DNA from: a virus
Lineage: Duplodnaviria > Caudoviricetes
DNA length: 64,000 nt
Strand: one strand, 5' to 3'
IMG/VR virus record: IMGVR_UViG_3300028854_000020
Span: 933-64,932 of that record
The position numbers and the translations under genes are program-made. Below are positions 63,751-64,000 of this stretch, piece after piece; within the stretch, counting starts at the first letter, position 1, and every line of letters starts with the position of its first letter. The notes under the pieces are model-generated. The model did no database searches and was not told the origin of the DNA. It saw only the letters and a program-made list of their open reading frames with translations.

Positions 63751-64000
63751 GTGAGTGAAATATATTACAATTCGATGTCGGAATCAGAGCAACTGGCGGC
63801 TGTTAATCAAGATGGTTATGCCATTGTATGGATCAAAAACCCAAGCGAAGATGTGCAATTGGCTGCGGTTAATCAAAATGGTTATGCCATTTATTTTATC
63901 AAAAATCCAAGCGAAGCTGTGCAATTGGCCGCTGTTCAACAAGAGGGTTATGCCATTGAATACATCAAGAATCCAAGTGAAGCCGTGCAATTGGTTGCTA
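63751..64000 (+). CDS. leaderless 22-aa repeat protein (DUF4116-like), runs off the window end
   Basis: GTG begins 7 nt after TATACT(63739); QLAAVNQDGYAI..IKNPSE repeats. Confidence 0.8.
   Translation, partial: MSEIYYNSMSESEQLAAVNQDGYAIVWIKNPSEDVQLAAVNQNGYAIYFIKNPSEAVQLAAVQQEGYAIEYIKNPSEAVQLVA

Noticed and set aside
1-64000. Stop-codon reassignment
   Set aside because: Long conserved genes are intact in code 11, TAG and TGA end genes at expected positions, and no suppressor tRNA was seen

Overview
AT-rich segment of a T4-related jumbo phage genome, densely coded and mostly on the + strand. It uses host sigma70-type TTGACA/TATACT promoters and T4-like late TAAATA promoters. By my recall, NadA, the CCA-adding enzyme, FmdB and the HNH protein resemble Acidobacteriota homologues, so that host is inferred but unverified. 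Core genes are a class II RNR, a primase and a gp41/DnaB helicase fractured by a gp41-8-like split intein around a free-standing endonuclease. Translation and proteostasis genes include 7 tRNAs, a compact ArgRS-like protein, a CCA enzyme, two RNA ligases, ClpX, ClpS, Hsp20 and an RNAP omega-like protein. Main observations: (1) a circularly permuted tmRNA missed by the ORF track, with a tag ending ...VPVLA, about 11 kb from a ClpX and ClpS whose substrate-recognition loops are remodelled; (2) about 30 mostly small proteins from several families sharing a C-terminal ...(EEA)ML..LE[SQNR]-stop type motif; (3) several unannotated structured or repeat RNAs, notably a covarying tandem RNA at 41958-42300 and a promoter-driven AAUACCAAAAAGUA repeat region at 34081-34513; (4) five dispersed, mostly leaderless, promoter-bounded genes built from 22-aa repeats with hypervariable positions. 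All family assignments come from motif recognition by eye; no searches were run.
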